NCBI RefSeq assembly: GCF_964355755.1
Contig: NC_092673.1
Span: 28,889,648-28,953,647 of the forward strand
Direction of reading: 5' to 3'
DNA length: 64,000 bases
From: Antedon mediterranea
Taxonomy: Eukaryota; Animalia; Echinodermata
Shown: piece after piece, positions 14,401 to 29,400 of the stretch
How positions within the stretch are numbered: the stretch's first letter is position 1
Layout of the letters: each line of letters starts with the position of its first letter
The notes under the pieces: generated by a model
Database searches by the model: none
What the model saw: only the letters and a program-made list of their open reading frames with translations
Told to the model about the DNA's origin: nothing
Position numbers and translations under genes: made by a program

Positions 14401-17400
14401 AAATGTGAAGTTTCAAAAGTGAAATTTTAAGAAGGGTTAAGGAACCTGACACTCTGGGGTTTTTACAATGAATTTCATCATAAAACAATTATTTATTTCA
14501 AGAAGTATGAAGGTGTTGCCCGGGCAACTAGGAAAACACCCTGTTTCCACTCTCTCTACCACTTCCCCCACCCTCACTGTTTAATTAGATATTTGTTGGT
14601 TTGAAAGATTCAAAATTTAACATAAACAAACTAATTACCGTTTGTATTCAATTTACAGGAGGAAAGGCAAGTCTTACTACAGTGGCAAAAATACTTTGAA
14701 GCCCATTCCAATCAAATTATTGTGACGGTAAGTTTACATAGAAAGCCTAAATTGAGTTCCAGTTAAGCTTGAGGGCGGCGATATACCTTTACCTTTAGTA
14801 ATGGCGACATATTTTACTAGACAAACCCGTGTGTTTTTAAAGCAAAAGTAACCTAGCGAAAAGGGTATTGCTACTCATTTTATAGTCTCATTCATATATA
14901 TAGAGTACACCGAAAGAGTTAATCTTGTGTAGCAGTATTTTTGGTAATTAAAAGCAAGTTATTAAAAAAGTAAGTTAAGGAGTACGTAATACAAACCATA
15001 TGGTGTTACCTGACAACAATTGGTGATAAAAAAAAACAACTTATTTTAGACTCGCACGTTTTTAGATAATTAGTGAGTAAAGAAGTTAAATGTCACAGAT
15101 GTATACAAATATAAAAAAAGGCCAAAGGTTGCATGAATGTCAAAGGTCATTTTTTTCACAAAAGCAAATGAAAGAAATGTTGGGATATGCTGTTTTACTA
15201 ATGCTTCATTACTTCCCAAAAGGATATACCCTTAGGATATTTTTTATTCGTTCAATTGATTGTGTCTTTGACATTCAGTGCTCTAACAGCGGCCAAAAGA
15301 AACTGTTGGGAACCTATTTGTACAAGAGAGGCTGGAATGGTAACATCTAACATAATGTCAGTATTCTGTAGGTTGATCTTTGACATGATTGGATTTGTTG
15401 AGATTTTCCGAACAATCCTATCAAAATAGTAGATAAATAAAGATTCAGCTAATATTGTTTATTGTTTAATAATAATAATAATAATGATATTTTAATAATA
15501 TCCTAGATTTATCTCTAAGCACTGTACATATTATTACCCTGGTCATTTGTGGTTCCAGCACGTGTGGAAACATACTCCCATAATGCAGCTAGTAATCAGC
15601 AGCAAAGTTGTGTCTTGACCTTATAACCCATGTGTATACCACCCTCTGTGCCTTGTTTAAATCTCTATCTACACTATCAAAAAAAAAACAAAAAAAATGT
15701 GAAAATGTGTCATGTGCCCAAATATGTAGTGATATTCCCAAACATGGAAGTGATATGACATGTCCATATATGGCCACATAACATACATAAAGTTTGATAG
15801 CGTAGACAGAGCTTTATACACAGTATTCCTTTTGTACATTTGTCAACCAATAGTGAACATCATTCAATATCTCAATACCAAAAGTATTAAAAGTCATAAA
15901 TTGCAGTTTCTGTAAAATAATTATAGTTTTACATTATATTTTAATGAACACTAAATAAATGTGACAGCTATGTATTCGTTACTTGAATGTTTAACTGAAC
16001 TACTTCCTCAAGTCCAGTCTCTGTGGCATTTTGATTGCATTCAATCGTCAGTTTATTGATAGATTTGAGACACATTACTACCCATGCTCCTTTCTGCTAT
16101 TACACTAGTTTACTTATATTATGCAGTAAAAAAAATAACTAGTTTTTCACAATTTTGATATTTCTTAAAATTAAATTTACATAATAATAATAATAATTTA
16201 TTTGGAAGCTACACTTCTTGAATGAAGGTGCATCCAGATTAAGTGAAATAAAAGTTAGAGAAAAAAAAATGATTTAACAATAGGCCTAGGCCTATTTACA
16301 AGGAAACTAAACTGAATTATTTTCTAAATATAAAAAATAACATTTTTAAGTAATACAGGATTTAAAAGCATTTACATTGTTGATTTCCTATCTCTTTTTC
16401 CGTGCCTGTTTGGTGAAACATTTACAAAATCTAAGACATGATTAATAGTTTAAATTTAACATGAAAAAAACGTTTACTAATAATAATATAACGTGAACGG
16501 AGACTTTGAGCCTGACATTAAAATAAAAACTCATACTAGTTTGTATCATTTGAGCATCCGATTTTGATAATGAGGCTCTACTACATTAATAATGTTATAC
16601 ATTTAAAATGTTATTTATACAGTATGTACTGTACATCGTTTTCATGTTTTACCATTCTCTTTTGTATGTTTTCCACGATACATACATGACTAATGTTATA
16701 CATTTAAAATGTTATTTATATGTACTACTACTATACATCGTTTCCATGTTCTACTATTCTCTCTTACACATTTTCTACGATACATACATGACTAATGTTA
16801 TATATTCAAAATGTTAATATTGATATGTACTATACATCGTTTCAATGTTCTACTATTCTCTCTTACACGTTTTCTACGATACATACATGACTAATGTTAT
16901 ACATTCAAAATGTTAATATTGATATGTACTATACATCGTTTCAATGTTCTACTATTCTCTCTTACACGTTTTCCACGATACATACATGACTAATGTTATA
17001 CATTCAAAATGTTATTGATATGTACTATACATCGTTTCAATGTTCTACTATTCTCTCTTACACGTTTTCTACGATACATACATGACTAATGTTATACATT
17101 CAAAATGTTATTTATATGTACTATACATCGTTTCAATGTTCTACTATTCTCTCTTACACGTTTTCCACGATACATACATGACTGATGTTATACATTAAAA
17201 TGTTATTTATATGTACTATACATCGTTTCAATGTTCTACTATTCTCTCTTACACGTTTTCTACGATACATACATGACTGATGTTATACATTCAAAATGTT
17301 AATATTTATATGTACTATACATCGTTTTCATGTTCTACTATTCTCTCTTACACATTTTCCACGATACATACATGACTGATGTTATACATTTAAAATGTTA

Positions 17401-20400
17401 TTTATATGTACTATACATCGTTACCATGTTCTACTATTCTCTCTTACACGTTTTCCACAATATATACATGATTAATATTGTGGACAACATTATGCTGCCT
17501 TCTCTGATGTCTTAATGTAGTTATTTTTATGTATGAACACAATTTGATTACAAGAGTGTGAGAATGCGATTACATTAATGTTTGCAGGCACTCAAGCAGA
17601 TCTTGTTGTTCACACCCTGATGTGGAAGTGCGCTTTGAAGTCTAAATTACCTTCATATGTTGCTAACTCGCTGCGGTTAACAAGCAGTTTTTTCATTGAT
17701 TGTGTTGAGAGAATCTTTGTAAAATATTACTACCTTCTGCTATTAATGAATAGTAAGCATGTGAAAGTATATACTGTATACGACTCAGGGTTTCTGGTGG
17801 CCTGGGTATAAAAAGTAGGGGGTTGGGGATTAAACTTGATTTGTATTCACAGTGGATTTACCAATGGTGTGTGTCTGAATTTAGTCTAAATTAGTGGGTG
17901 AGATTATACACAATCAAGCCGGGACTCAAGCATGAGATTATACTATTATATTATAATATGTTATTGTTGTAATAATTTCTTTTATTTATTTCTCTAGACA
18001 CTTTATCAAAATTAATATTAATATATATTATATAATTTGTATTTTAACTTAGAAAGAAGTCAAAATAATTTAGATTCAACTCAATTTTACTTTATGTCTT
18101 TTCCTTTTAGAAACACGTAAACACAAACCTAAATCTCTGTCTCCACTATCAAACTAGTGTGACAAAAAAGTGTCATGTGCCCAAATATGGTAGTGATATG
18201 CTTAAATATGGTAGTGATATGACATCATGTCCATATATGGGAACATCATATTTGTTGTCACATAAAATTTGATAGTGTAAACAGAGCTTTACACAGTACT
18301 TCAATTCAATTCAATTCAATTAAAACTTTATTATCCCCATGGGGAAACTCTGTTGGCCTTTTCAAAAGTACAGTACATAAAATATAAAATACGATAAAAA
18401 AAGCCATACAAAATATACATATAAAATCCTAAAAATTCGATTTAAAATACTACAAAAAATAAAACTAGCGCATAAAATACGATTATACGATTATATAATG
18501 AATGATATTATCATTCATTATATAATCGTATAGCGGCAGGTACGAATGAATTGCCATATCTATTTGTTTTAATTTTTCTTTGAAGGAGTCTGTCACAACG
18601 TTGACTTTTGTTAAATTTATAGTGCAGAGGATGAGCGTGGTCTTTTAAAATAATTTTCAATTTTTTAATTACTAATTCTTTATATAAAACTTCAGGTTGA
18701 ATTTGTTCAGAGCCTACTATTCTACTGCCTTGTTTAACTATTTTATTAAGTAAAAGTCTATCTTTAAAACGTGAATTACCATAATAACATATTAGGCAAA
18801 AACTAAGTACACTGTTTAAGATAGAAGTATAAAAAAGTTGTAAAATAGTACGGTCAATCTTAAAAGAGTTTAATTTGCGTAGAAAGAAGAGACGTTTTTG
18901 TAATTTATTGTATATGCACCTACTATTTGCATCAAATTTAAGTTTATTATCAATTTCAACCCCTAAATATTTGTAAGTTTTAACTTCCGGAATGGTCTCA
19001 CCATTGATTTTGATCTTGGGAAGGTAGTTTATCTTCTTCCGAAAATCAAAAACCATCTCTTTAGTTTTATTTATATTTAGATCTAAAAAATTATCTTTAC
19101 ACCATTTGTGAAAAATATTAATACTGTCTAAGAAGCCTGTCACTGAATCATCTTTTGAATCCAGATAACCAATCAGAGCAGTGTCGTCTGCATATTTAAT
19201 AATCTCAGTTTTTGTATTATTTGACTTACAATCATTTGTGTATATTGTATACAATAAAGGTGATAACACACAACCTTGTGGAACACCCGTGTTAACTTTC
19301 AACAACGAGGACAACGTGTGATTAAGCTTAACACGCTGTTCTTTAAAGTTGAAATAAGTTTGAAAGCAAATTTACTAATTGCTGAATTTAATATTGTTTC
19401 TTTTTTATTGTAGGATGAGTTGAGAAGTCTTGTTAGACGAGGAATTCCTTCAGAAATTCGCAGTGATGTATGGACTAAGTTGGTACTTAACAGAGTTAGA
19501 CAAGTGCAACAAGAAAAGGTACAAAGACCTCTATCAAACAAATTGAATATGTCTAATAATCCATTTAAAGAGACGTATCAAATGTTAAACATACCCCCTG
19601 AGGATACTAGGGGTGCTCGAATGTCCCTGCTTTTCATCAAATTTAATTTTATTCTTATAATTGCTGGCCGGAGCATGATCTTTCACAGATAGGGTTCGTA
19701 GGGTGCATGTTCATTAGTCATGTGACGTCTGCACTGGCATCGAACCTGGTACTTATAAATGCAAACCGATTTGCACTTAAATTTGTCTCTGCGGACAATT
19801 TGAAATTAATTTAATTTACGAGAACATTAAACCAACCGGGACCGAAATTCTGATCAAAATGTCGTAACGAAAGATAACAAGATGTAGTAATTTGTTCGCT
19901 TAATTAATGAGGAATTTGACATACCCACTCATACCCCTCTAATAGGTCCAAGCACTTGTTTCTTTAAGTAGACGTTATTATTCACTTAAGTTCATGTCTT
20001 GTTGCTAATTTGACACGGTCCTTGTGCTCGTTTCTATAATCCTATTACATAAAGCACATAATCTGTATATGTTTCAATGTATGTTTTTATCAGACATTAA
20101 AACAGATTGAATTCCATTATGTATTAAGCTATGACAGGATACTGTAAATCAGAAACTATGTCCGAACTTTCAATCTCATCTCCTTTGTTGATACTTATGA
20201 ATTTCATTTATAACAAAAAGATTTTAATAAACTAAAGCTCTGTCTACACTATCAAACTTTATGTGATGTGCCCATATATGGACATGATGATATCATATCA
20301 CTATCATATTTGGGCATATCACTACCATATTTGGGCACATTACACTTCTTTTTCATACTAGTTTCATAGTGTAGACAGAGCTTTATTAACTTAAATTAAA

Positions 20401-23400
20401 TGGTTATTTAAATTTTGGCAATTTAATTCCACTCTAAAGAAAATGTACGAAACATTTATAGGAGAAATTGTATTGAATAATACATGAAATGAAATGCATA
20501 TGTAATCATACAACACGATACTTTATGACAGTTTTAAAAATAGTCTTACTTTTGTAGACTTGTATTTATATCATTCATGTTCAAGAAGGTTTATGTCAGT
20601 CAAAATTCATGTTTTTCCAAAGTTTAGATCTGTAGACACACTGTCTGGAATTATATTTAGTTTTTAGGTTATTGTCAAGTCTTATAATGAAGAACATAAT
20701 AGTTATATTACCCTGTATTACTCATACTTGTCCAATTGTCCAAAAAAATAGAGTAAATTGTTGTCTGGTGTCTTATCACCCAATAATATATGCCAGTCAT
20801 TGCTTAGTGCCAAACTAGGTGAAAAGAGTAAGATTTAAACACCCTTGCGGTCATAGGATCAGACGCTACCCTCTAATACTGACCTTTCCGCCAAGGCTTC
20901 ATCTGTATAAATATCCAAAAAAAAATACTGAAAAGAAACAACAATGTACATGGCTATGGCTATTTTTATTTTTAGTACATCTTATTTATAGAGGGTGACC
21001 CTAAACAGTGTATGCTGACAATCAGGGGCCCTCATGATGAGTGACAGTGGCTTTGTGTATACTAGTACACTGGGGTAACCTCCTACTTGTCTCGAAAGAT
21101 ATACTAGGTTCTTTAAAGTGATCATGAGCTAGATGAAATTAGATATTTTAATGATATTCTGAATTTTCAGTTTTATTGTTATTTTTTCACAGGGTAGTGA
21201 TTACTACATAAGTTTATGTAATCGCATTGATAATGCATCTGAAGTGGAAAAGTATCGTCGACAAATCAACTTAGATCTTCTAAGAACAATGCCTTTTAAC
21301 ATTCACTTTGAAAAGAAGAAATCTGATGGGGTAACTGATATACATATATATTATCTTTTTTAATATTTTTTACTTTTTCCTTAATGTTCAGTTCCGTCAC
21401 TTGAACATAGACCACCCCTCATTAAAGATGGTATGAAATAACTAAATAAATAGAATTGTTGTCTATACTCTTAATATTTGTTTTATTGTGTAATACATAT
21501 GCAATTCAGCCATGTGCTGCCATTTATGTACTTTTTAATGTGAATAAATATACCAAGATATAAAATAAAGTGGAGACATCTTGATAAAAATAAAATCTAT
21601 ACAAAAAAATGTCATACAAAACTGTGCATTAAAATAATAATTATAAAGGAGGCTCATTCACAACAAAATGTGTTCTTCCACGAAGCCGTATGAAAGAAAT
21701 AAAACTACAATATCACAACAGAATACTTCATGGTAAACAAGAAATCACTAAAATGCCATCTGACAATACTGGCTCATTACAATATATTGAATAAAACTTT
21801 CATTTTTACTAATATTATTACTTTGTATACTTTATATATCATTTAAAGTTTTTTTTTTATCCCCCTTTCAGAGACTTTATTCAATAATATGTTATTTTGA
21901 ATATTCACTTGTATGCAAATTGTTTTCATGTAGATTTGTCGTTTAGAGGAAGTATTAAAGGCGTTTTGCATTCATAATCCGTCCGTTGGTTACTGTCAAG
22001 GAATGAACTTCATCACGTCAGTTAGTCTACTCTTCATGGATGAGGAAACAGCATTCTGGTAAGCAGAGACTAATACCCTTTTGCAATGTCTGGCAAAACA
22101 AAGTTTACACCCTGTACCTGTGTGTGTGTGAAAACTGCAGAATAAAGAAATAAAAGACCAGCACTTTTCTTCAATTTTATTCAACTTTATTATCCACGAA
22201 GGCCCAGATTAACTTATGGTTGTTCTTCCATGCAAAATACAATTTTTATCAATTTTTAAATATAATACACAAGAGAAGTATGTATTAACATAAGAAAAGT
22301 AAAGTGATTTTTATGGACTTTTCTTGTTCACAGTCATAATAAATTTAATGTTTAATTACAGGAGTCTTGTTGCAATTGTAGAGCATTGTTTTCCTCCTAA
22401 TTACTTTGACATCAGTTTAATCGGAGCGCAAGCTGATCAAAGCGTGCTCAAAGAGTTGCTTCAGATCAAGTTACCACGACTACATGCTCATCTTGAAGAT
22501 ATTGGCATTGAGATGTGTTCATTCACTCTCAACTGGTTTCTTGGTGTGTTCTATGACATTGTACCATTTGAGGTAAGCCTTAAGCTCTGTCTACTCTATC
22601 AAACTTTATGTGACAACAAAATGTGATGTGCCCATATATGGACAGGATGATGTGATATCACTACCATATTTGGGCATATCACAACTAATTTGATAGTGTA
22701 GACAGAGCTGTAGCCTAAAATTGATGTAGCAGTTATTGTAATTATTCTGAGCATATTGGCCACCTGCTGTCTTTCTGATGAATTAAAGCCAAATACATCA
22801 TCTCATATTTTACCTTTTAGGTGATGCTTAGAGTGTGGGACTGTTTTCTTCTCGATGGTCTTGAGGCTCTCTTCCGTTTTGCTGTCGGTCTTCTACAAAT
22901 GCACGAGATGTCGCTATTGGAGAAAGACGATACGCTGGCAATCATGAAGGACATGAGACATCTGGCAAAGGTTACCTACGATGCCGACACACTCATCAAG
23001 GTTTTTATGCAAATATTATACAAATTATTTATAAATATTATAGTATTTCTATAATGAAATTGTTTGGTGGAACATTAAATATAGATAACATGTAATACTG
23101 TTATAATAATAATAATTAATAAATATTTTAAATTGGACATTAGGCTGAGTGCTAATATGAACTTCATATTAAACCAAAGTAGGAAAGAAATGCAACTCTA
23201 AATAATGAATGTCATGACACAAAGATTAAAAGTGACATGATTCAATCTCAGTAGGTTTGGTGATTGACGGATAAAAAGTGTATGTAGAGAGTGACTGATA
23301 CTTGGCAACACACAGAATAAATAAATTATCCAACTCTAGACAGTGTAAATGGAACATTTAGAAAGTATTCGTTCTTGTCTAAAAGAAAAAAGAAAAAAAA

Positions 23401-26400
23401 AAAACAAGCACTTTCCTTCAATTATATTCAACTTTATTTTACTACGGAGGTCCAGATTAACTTATGGTTGTTTTTCCCTGGGGGCGTGCACATACAAACT
23501 ACAAACTGCAATGTTAACAATCTTTAAATATTATACACAGTATAATAAGAAAAAGTATATCCCACAATGCCCTACATATTATTTTTTAACGTTGAAGCTC
23601 TGTCACACTATCAAACTAGTTTGATAGTCATATGACATCATCATGTCCATATATGGGAACATCACATTTTTTTTGTCACACAAGGTTTGATAGTGTAGAC
23701 AGAGCTTTAGATTTAAGGTAGAGCCACTTTTACACCAAATAACAATTATTGTAACTATGATTAGTTTTTTAATTGTTCATATACTATAAACCTATTATTA
23801 TTATTGTTATTGTACTTTTAAGTATTTTTATTTGTTAAAGATTGCATACTCTGATTTGGAACCATTCCCAAGTATGAGTCTCATCAACGAAAAACAGAAC
23901 CATCACATCAAGATTCTGCGTAACGTTTACGATCAACAACAGAGGGCGCGCGAAGAGTTTGACAGACAAGAAGGTCTTCAAAAAGAAAAACAAAAGGTCC
24001 GAGAAAATTGCAATAATGACCTTAAAATGGATTGCTGCGTTGAAAGCTCGCCAGGTGAGGATCACATGACCAACGGATCTGAGCATGAAGATGCCGAGCA
24101 TGCTCAGAACAGTCCGTCTGATTAATTTCGTCCAATCACACTTTTTCTACTACAGTCCACCTTTCCCCATTTCTACCATATGTTCTATAGTAATGTAAAT
24201 ATTTAGCATCTACGTATAGTTAAACGTTGCGGCAAACAGACCTTAAAAACTTGTAGAATTTTGAGACTATCGAGAATTTGTTGTGTACAGAATCATTTAG
24301 TTTATCCTGCAGCAGCAGCAATAAGACTTTAGCTGGCCATGAATATTTGGATACTGCAGGCGCCATTGATTTCTTTTATTCAGTTGAAACAGGATTATGA
24401 TTAACATGTGAGTGGAGTTGTACGTTTTCTTCTTCTTTTTTTTTTTGCTAACCACTGTTTTGTTGCTTTTCTGTGTGTGTCTGTGGCGTATGTAGAAAGC
24501 TAGAAAATGCTTGGTATTATATGGAAAGCTTTTTGAATTTAGAATAGAGATCATCAAACTTTGTAGTTAACAATGCTTCTCTTAGTTTCACCATGGTTGC
24601 AGCTTCACCATGGTTGCAACTTAATCATGGTTGTAGCTTCAACTTGGTTGTAGTTTTACTATGGTTCTACCTTTACCATAGTTGCAGCTTCACCATGGTT
24701 TGCAGATTTACCATGGTTGCAGATTTACCATGGTTTGCAGATTCACCATGTCTGCAACTTCACCATGGCTACAGCTTCACCATGGTTTCAGCTTCACCAT
24801 GGTTTTAGCTTTACCATGGCTGCAGCTTCACCATGGCTGCAGCTTCACCATGGCTGCAGCTTTACCATGGTTGCAGATTTACCATGGCTGCAGCTTCACC
24901 ATAGTTGAAGCAGAATAATATAATTCTTGATGTCTCACTGAAGCCTAAAAAAATAACATGCCTTCATATTATTAACACTGAAACCAAACATGATGTGAAT
25001 ATCTCACTGAAACTTTTACAACAAGATTTCTTCTGTGATTGGTGTCTTTCAATAGTTACTGTAGTACTTTTACTTATTTAAAAGAATGACGTACTGTATT
25101 TTAGCTACTAACATAAATTTTAAATTAATTCCATAAAATTTAATCATCATTGTTTGTTTTTTTTTTTAGTATATCTATCCTTGTTTATAATTTTGTCTAA
25201 TGGAGCAGTGCACTTTAAATGAACATTTTTTTTTATTGTGTTTTGTGTAAATGTACCATGTGTCTTACAATTTGTTTATTTGTCTAATATTAATCAAATT
25301 AAAAAGTACAATGAATATGTACACTGCTACTAAATCTCATGGGCAGGCAGTAATGCAATTATTCCAAATAATTATTTATAACAAGCATGCTTATGAATTC
25401 TGGTTTTTAAATGCTGTACCTACTTCCCTGTGTTTCCCTGTGGTGTTTAGTAGGACTGTTAAATAGTTGATAACAATGTGACAGATTTTAAAATTATAGA
25501 CCGTTTGTACCTTGTAAATTAATGTTTTTGGTGTTGGATGTGCTTTGCATTAATTGTGATTTGTGTAAAAGTATTCATATTGATATTTCAAATCATCTTA
25601 AAAGTTCATGATAATAAACTTATTCTGTTACTACTATTTATATAATTATTAAAATAACACTTAATGTATATCCTTGTCATTTGATTGAAGAATGGTATGG
25701 TCACATGATATTTAATGAATACTTTATTGTTCTGTTTCCACAAGTTTAACCTCAGTGAAAATATTTGTATCATTGCACTCATAAACATTCATTATTTGTA
25801 TACTATTTAATATATGCATCACCTTCATTCTGTGCAATGTACTAATAACTTATAATTACTTTTGCTAGGTAAATTACTTGTATGTAGAGGCGATATCCGT
25901 GAGGCTTGGCTTGGCATTGTTGACGCTGAAAAATGTACAAAAGACACGCTTAATATTGTAGTAAGTTAAGCTCTGTTTATACTATCAAACAAAATGTGAT
26001 GTGCCCATATATGGACATGATGATGTTATATCACTACCATATTTGGGCATATCACACTTTTTTTGTCAAACTAGTTTGATAGTATAGACAGAGTTAAGAG
26101 TCATTGTTTGTGTGGTGATGTACAACATGGTATTGAATGGACACAGCTCACCCCCAAAATCATCATCAGTGTTTATGATTGAAAAATCACTTTTTTAAAG
26201 ATGTTTTAAAAGATGTTAATACTTGTTTTTTTTTTCATTGCAGTTGGATTCTCAAATTGTGTGTATGACCATGGCTGGTTCCGACATTGTGCTTTTAGGA
26301 ACTTTATCGTGGTATCTGTATGCTTATAGTATAAGGTCCCAGTAAGTTTACTTTTTATTAAGAACCTTTTTTCTAAAATTTTCCTCTCTAGTCAATGAAA

Positions 26401-29400
26401 ATAGATTTTAATTATGCCTTTGATTTTGATGCCTGTATAAAAGAGTGCAGTGGCGTAACGAAGAGCCTGGTTTAGGTTTTTAACCTTTTTCAACATAGTT
26501 TAATTCCTGTTTTCAGTGGCATACGTAAGCTCTGGTTCACCTGAGTTTAGCTATTGAGCGCTTATACTGTAGCCCCATAACAAAAAGTCTTAGTAGATAT
26601 GGCTCTATATCTATTAGCCTTATAAGTTATCGCCTTAATAGAAATAGCTCTATTACCTATTAAGGTAAGTAGATTTTAGGCAGATTTTAGATAGGTCCTA
26701 ATAGGTTTTACCTCATTAGCATAATTCAAAATCCCCACTAATAGTATTAGATAGATTTTTCACTATTTTTAATCTGTGAGTAACACAGTTGTGTACCTTG
26801 GGTATAGCTATTGTAAATTGTAGACAATAGATAAATGGCTACCAGCAATCTATTAATACACATAAACAAACTGATAATAGCCAGTAACTGTTAATAAACT
26901 ATCTATTTTATACAATAGATAGATATGGACTAGCAGATAGCTATTAGAAATCTATGAGTATCATATCTATCAACTGTCTACTTATAATAGTTATACTAGG
27001 GCTACCAATAACCTATCAATAGACTGTTAACAAATAATTAATAGCCAGTAACTATTAATCAACTATCTATTTTATAGCTGGGAAGTAGTCATTCCATCGT
27101 TGACTCATTGAGTTAAAATCCTTAGTAGTCGAGATAAAAAGGTCTACTTAAAAACTATTAGGGCTACTAAAAATAGAGCTATTTCTACTTATGACTACTT
27201 AAATCTATTTTTCTTTTTGCTATGGGGCGGTAAGCCATTGGAGGAGTTCTTTATTACAAAAAGAAAATGTCATCTGTGTAATTCATCTATATCTTTGTTT
27301 TGTAGAGATGAGCTTTGGTGTTTAAGATTACATGACACTCCTCTTAGTTTAGCATTCCATGTAAAGAGTAGCAACCTGTATGCGGGGTTAGCCAATGGTA
27401 CACTGGCAATTGTCGAGGTAAATATGCAATAGATTTGATACTATATATATATATATAGGCTTTAATGATTATTTTATTTAGGCACATTGCCAAGGACTAT
27501 CAATAGGGAATTTTATTTGATGCCCTGATACAAGTGACAATCCATTCATAAGACAATCTAACGCCCGTATTCTTAAACCGGACTTTAGTCGTAGTTCGAA
27601 GTTCGACTTGGAAAAGTCGTAGTTCGAGCTATTACTTCAAATTCGATTAAAAAACGAAGTAGTCGAAGTTTGCAGTTTGACTTAATGAAGTTGAGCTTTT
27701 AGTCGAGTTGCACACGTCTGGGTAACAAAGGCTATACATTGGCCAATGACAAGAGAGTATTTGAGGAGCAGACGAAATTTTGCGCATTGATATCACTTTC
27801 CATTTCTTACAACACTTTTTACGCATCAGGACTATATACATGAAAAATAATTTTAATCGTTAATTATTAGAACAATATCAGTATTAATTTAACAGTGAAG
27901 TATATTTGATTAACAACAAATAAAATCTTTAAAATATATTTAGGAACCATGGCGGTACGGTAACTTTTATATTTTCTAGGCCCCCAACAAAGTATGATCG
28001 CCACGAACCACGCACTTCATAGCGTGACAAGAAAGCGCTAGGCCTCCTAAACATTCTATCGCGTGGTGAATTGCCGCATCTCCCATTGTCGCTATGGCGT
28101 GACGTAGCTCAAGTCGGACTTGCGCGAAGAAAATAATGTAATTTGTATACAGTTGTAAATAAAGATGATTTTCATTATTATAATTTATACCAATGTATAT
28201 TTAATTAAGCTATATATATTTCATTCTTCAATATCTGGCCAATATAACAACTCAATGACTGTTACGTTTTTTATAAACATCGTTTAAAAACCATTTAGTC
28301 GACCATTTAGTCTGCCCCCTCCAGGACTAAAAAAATCAATCAAAATCCGTCTCGATTTAGTTGAGGTTGGCCGAATTAGTCGGTGATTTAGTTGAAGTTC
28401 GGTTTATGAATTAAAATGACGTCATTTTTTTAGTTTTAGCTCGAACTACGACTAAAGTCCGGTTTAAGAATACGGGCGTAAGACTTAAAAACTTTTAAGA
28501 AACAACACATGAACTTTGTTGGTTGGATTGCCTAGATCCTCCATAATAATTTGGGTTAGCAGGCGCGGATTTAGGCCCCGTAAAATTTAGCAGCCATGTC
28601 TTTTTCATTATATTTTTCTGCAGAGGATCGTTTTTATCATTTATGAAATATTTATCCCCCTCCCCCCCCCCCTCCTAATCTATAGTGCTAGATTCATTCC
28701 TGGTTTGAAGAAGTAATTACACCCATGTCAGTTGATCAGTGTCTAAAATCTTCGTCTTTATTTGTTAGACTATATCGGACACTACGCCAATGGATAATTT
28801 CTACCATTCAATAGGAGTGAGTCCAGTGAAAGCTGTGCTCTACTTGGAAGGCATGCAACAGATATGGTGTGGATGTGGGAATTCTGTCAGTATTCTTAGC
28901 GAGTAAGAATAATTTAAAGTTGTTAGCAGTTGTTAGTGGATGGAGCATGATCATGGTGTGATAATGTCATCTTTATGGTTGTTGTAATAAAAACAATGTT
29001 AATCATTTTTGTAGTTAAAGTACTGTATGATGTTTGTGGTGGTAATCACCAGGATGTAGGAGAATGATACTGACTGTTATGATTAGATATGATAATGATT
29101 CTTTGATGACTCTTCATTGGTTGGGTGTATTCAGTTTTTTTCAAAAGTTTTAAATATCTACAAACATAATGCAACTTTTGAGAAGAGATATCTTTTAAAC
29201 ATGCTGTGTGATATGCTACTCATAAAGCTCTGTCTACACTATCAAACTGTGCCCAAATATGGTAATGATATGACATCATCATGTCCATATATTGGCACAT
29301 CACATATTTTTGTCACATAAAGCTTGATAGTGTAGACATATTTAATAATATTTTTTCAACCATATTTAGTGAACTTGACTTGTTGGAAACGTTTGATGTG

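Noticed and set aside
16608-17515. Short ORFs in the ~97-bp array
   Set aside because: They are products of the tandem repeat, with frame-shifting unit lengths.
18511-19314. Domesticated or bacterial-type reverse transcriptase
   Set aside because: It has a 5' truncation, a LINE-type C-terminus and a simple-repeat tail typical of non-LTR insertions.
24593-24918. Three overlapping repetitive ORFs
   Set aside because: They arise from a stop-poor 17-18 bp minisatellite.
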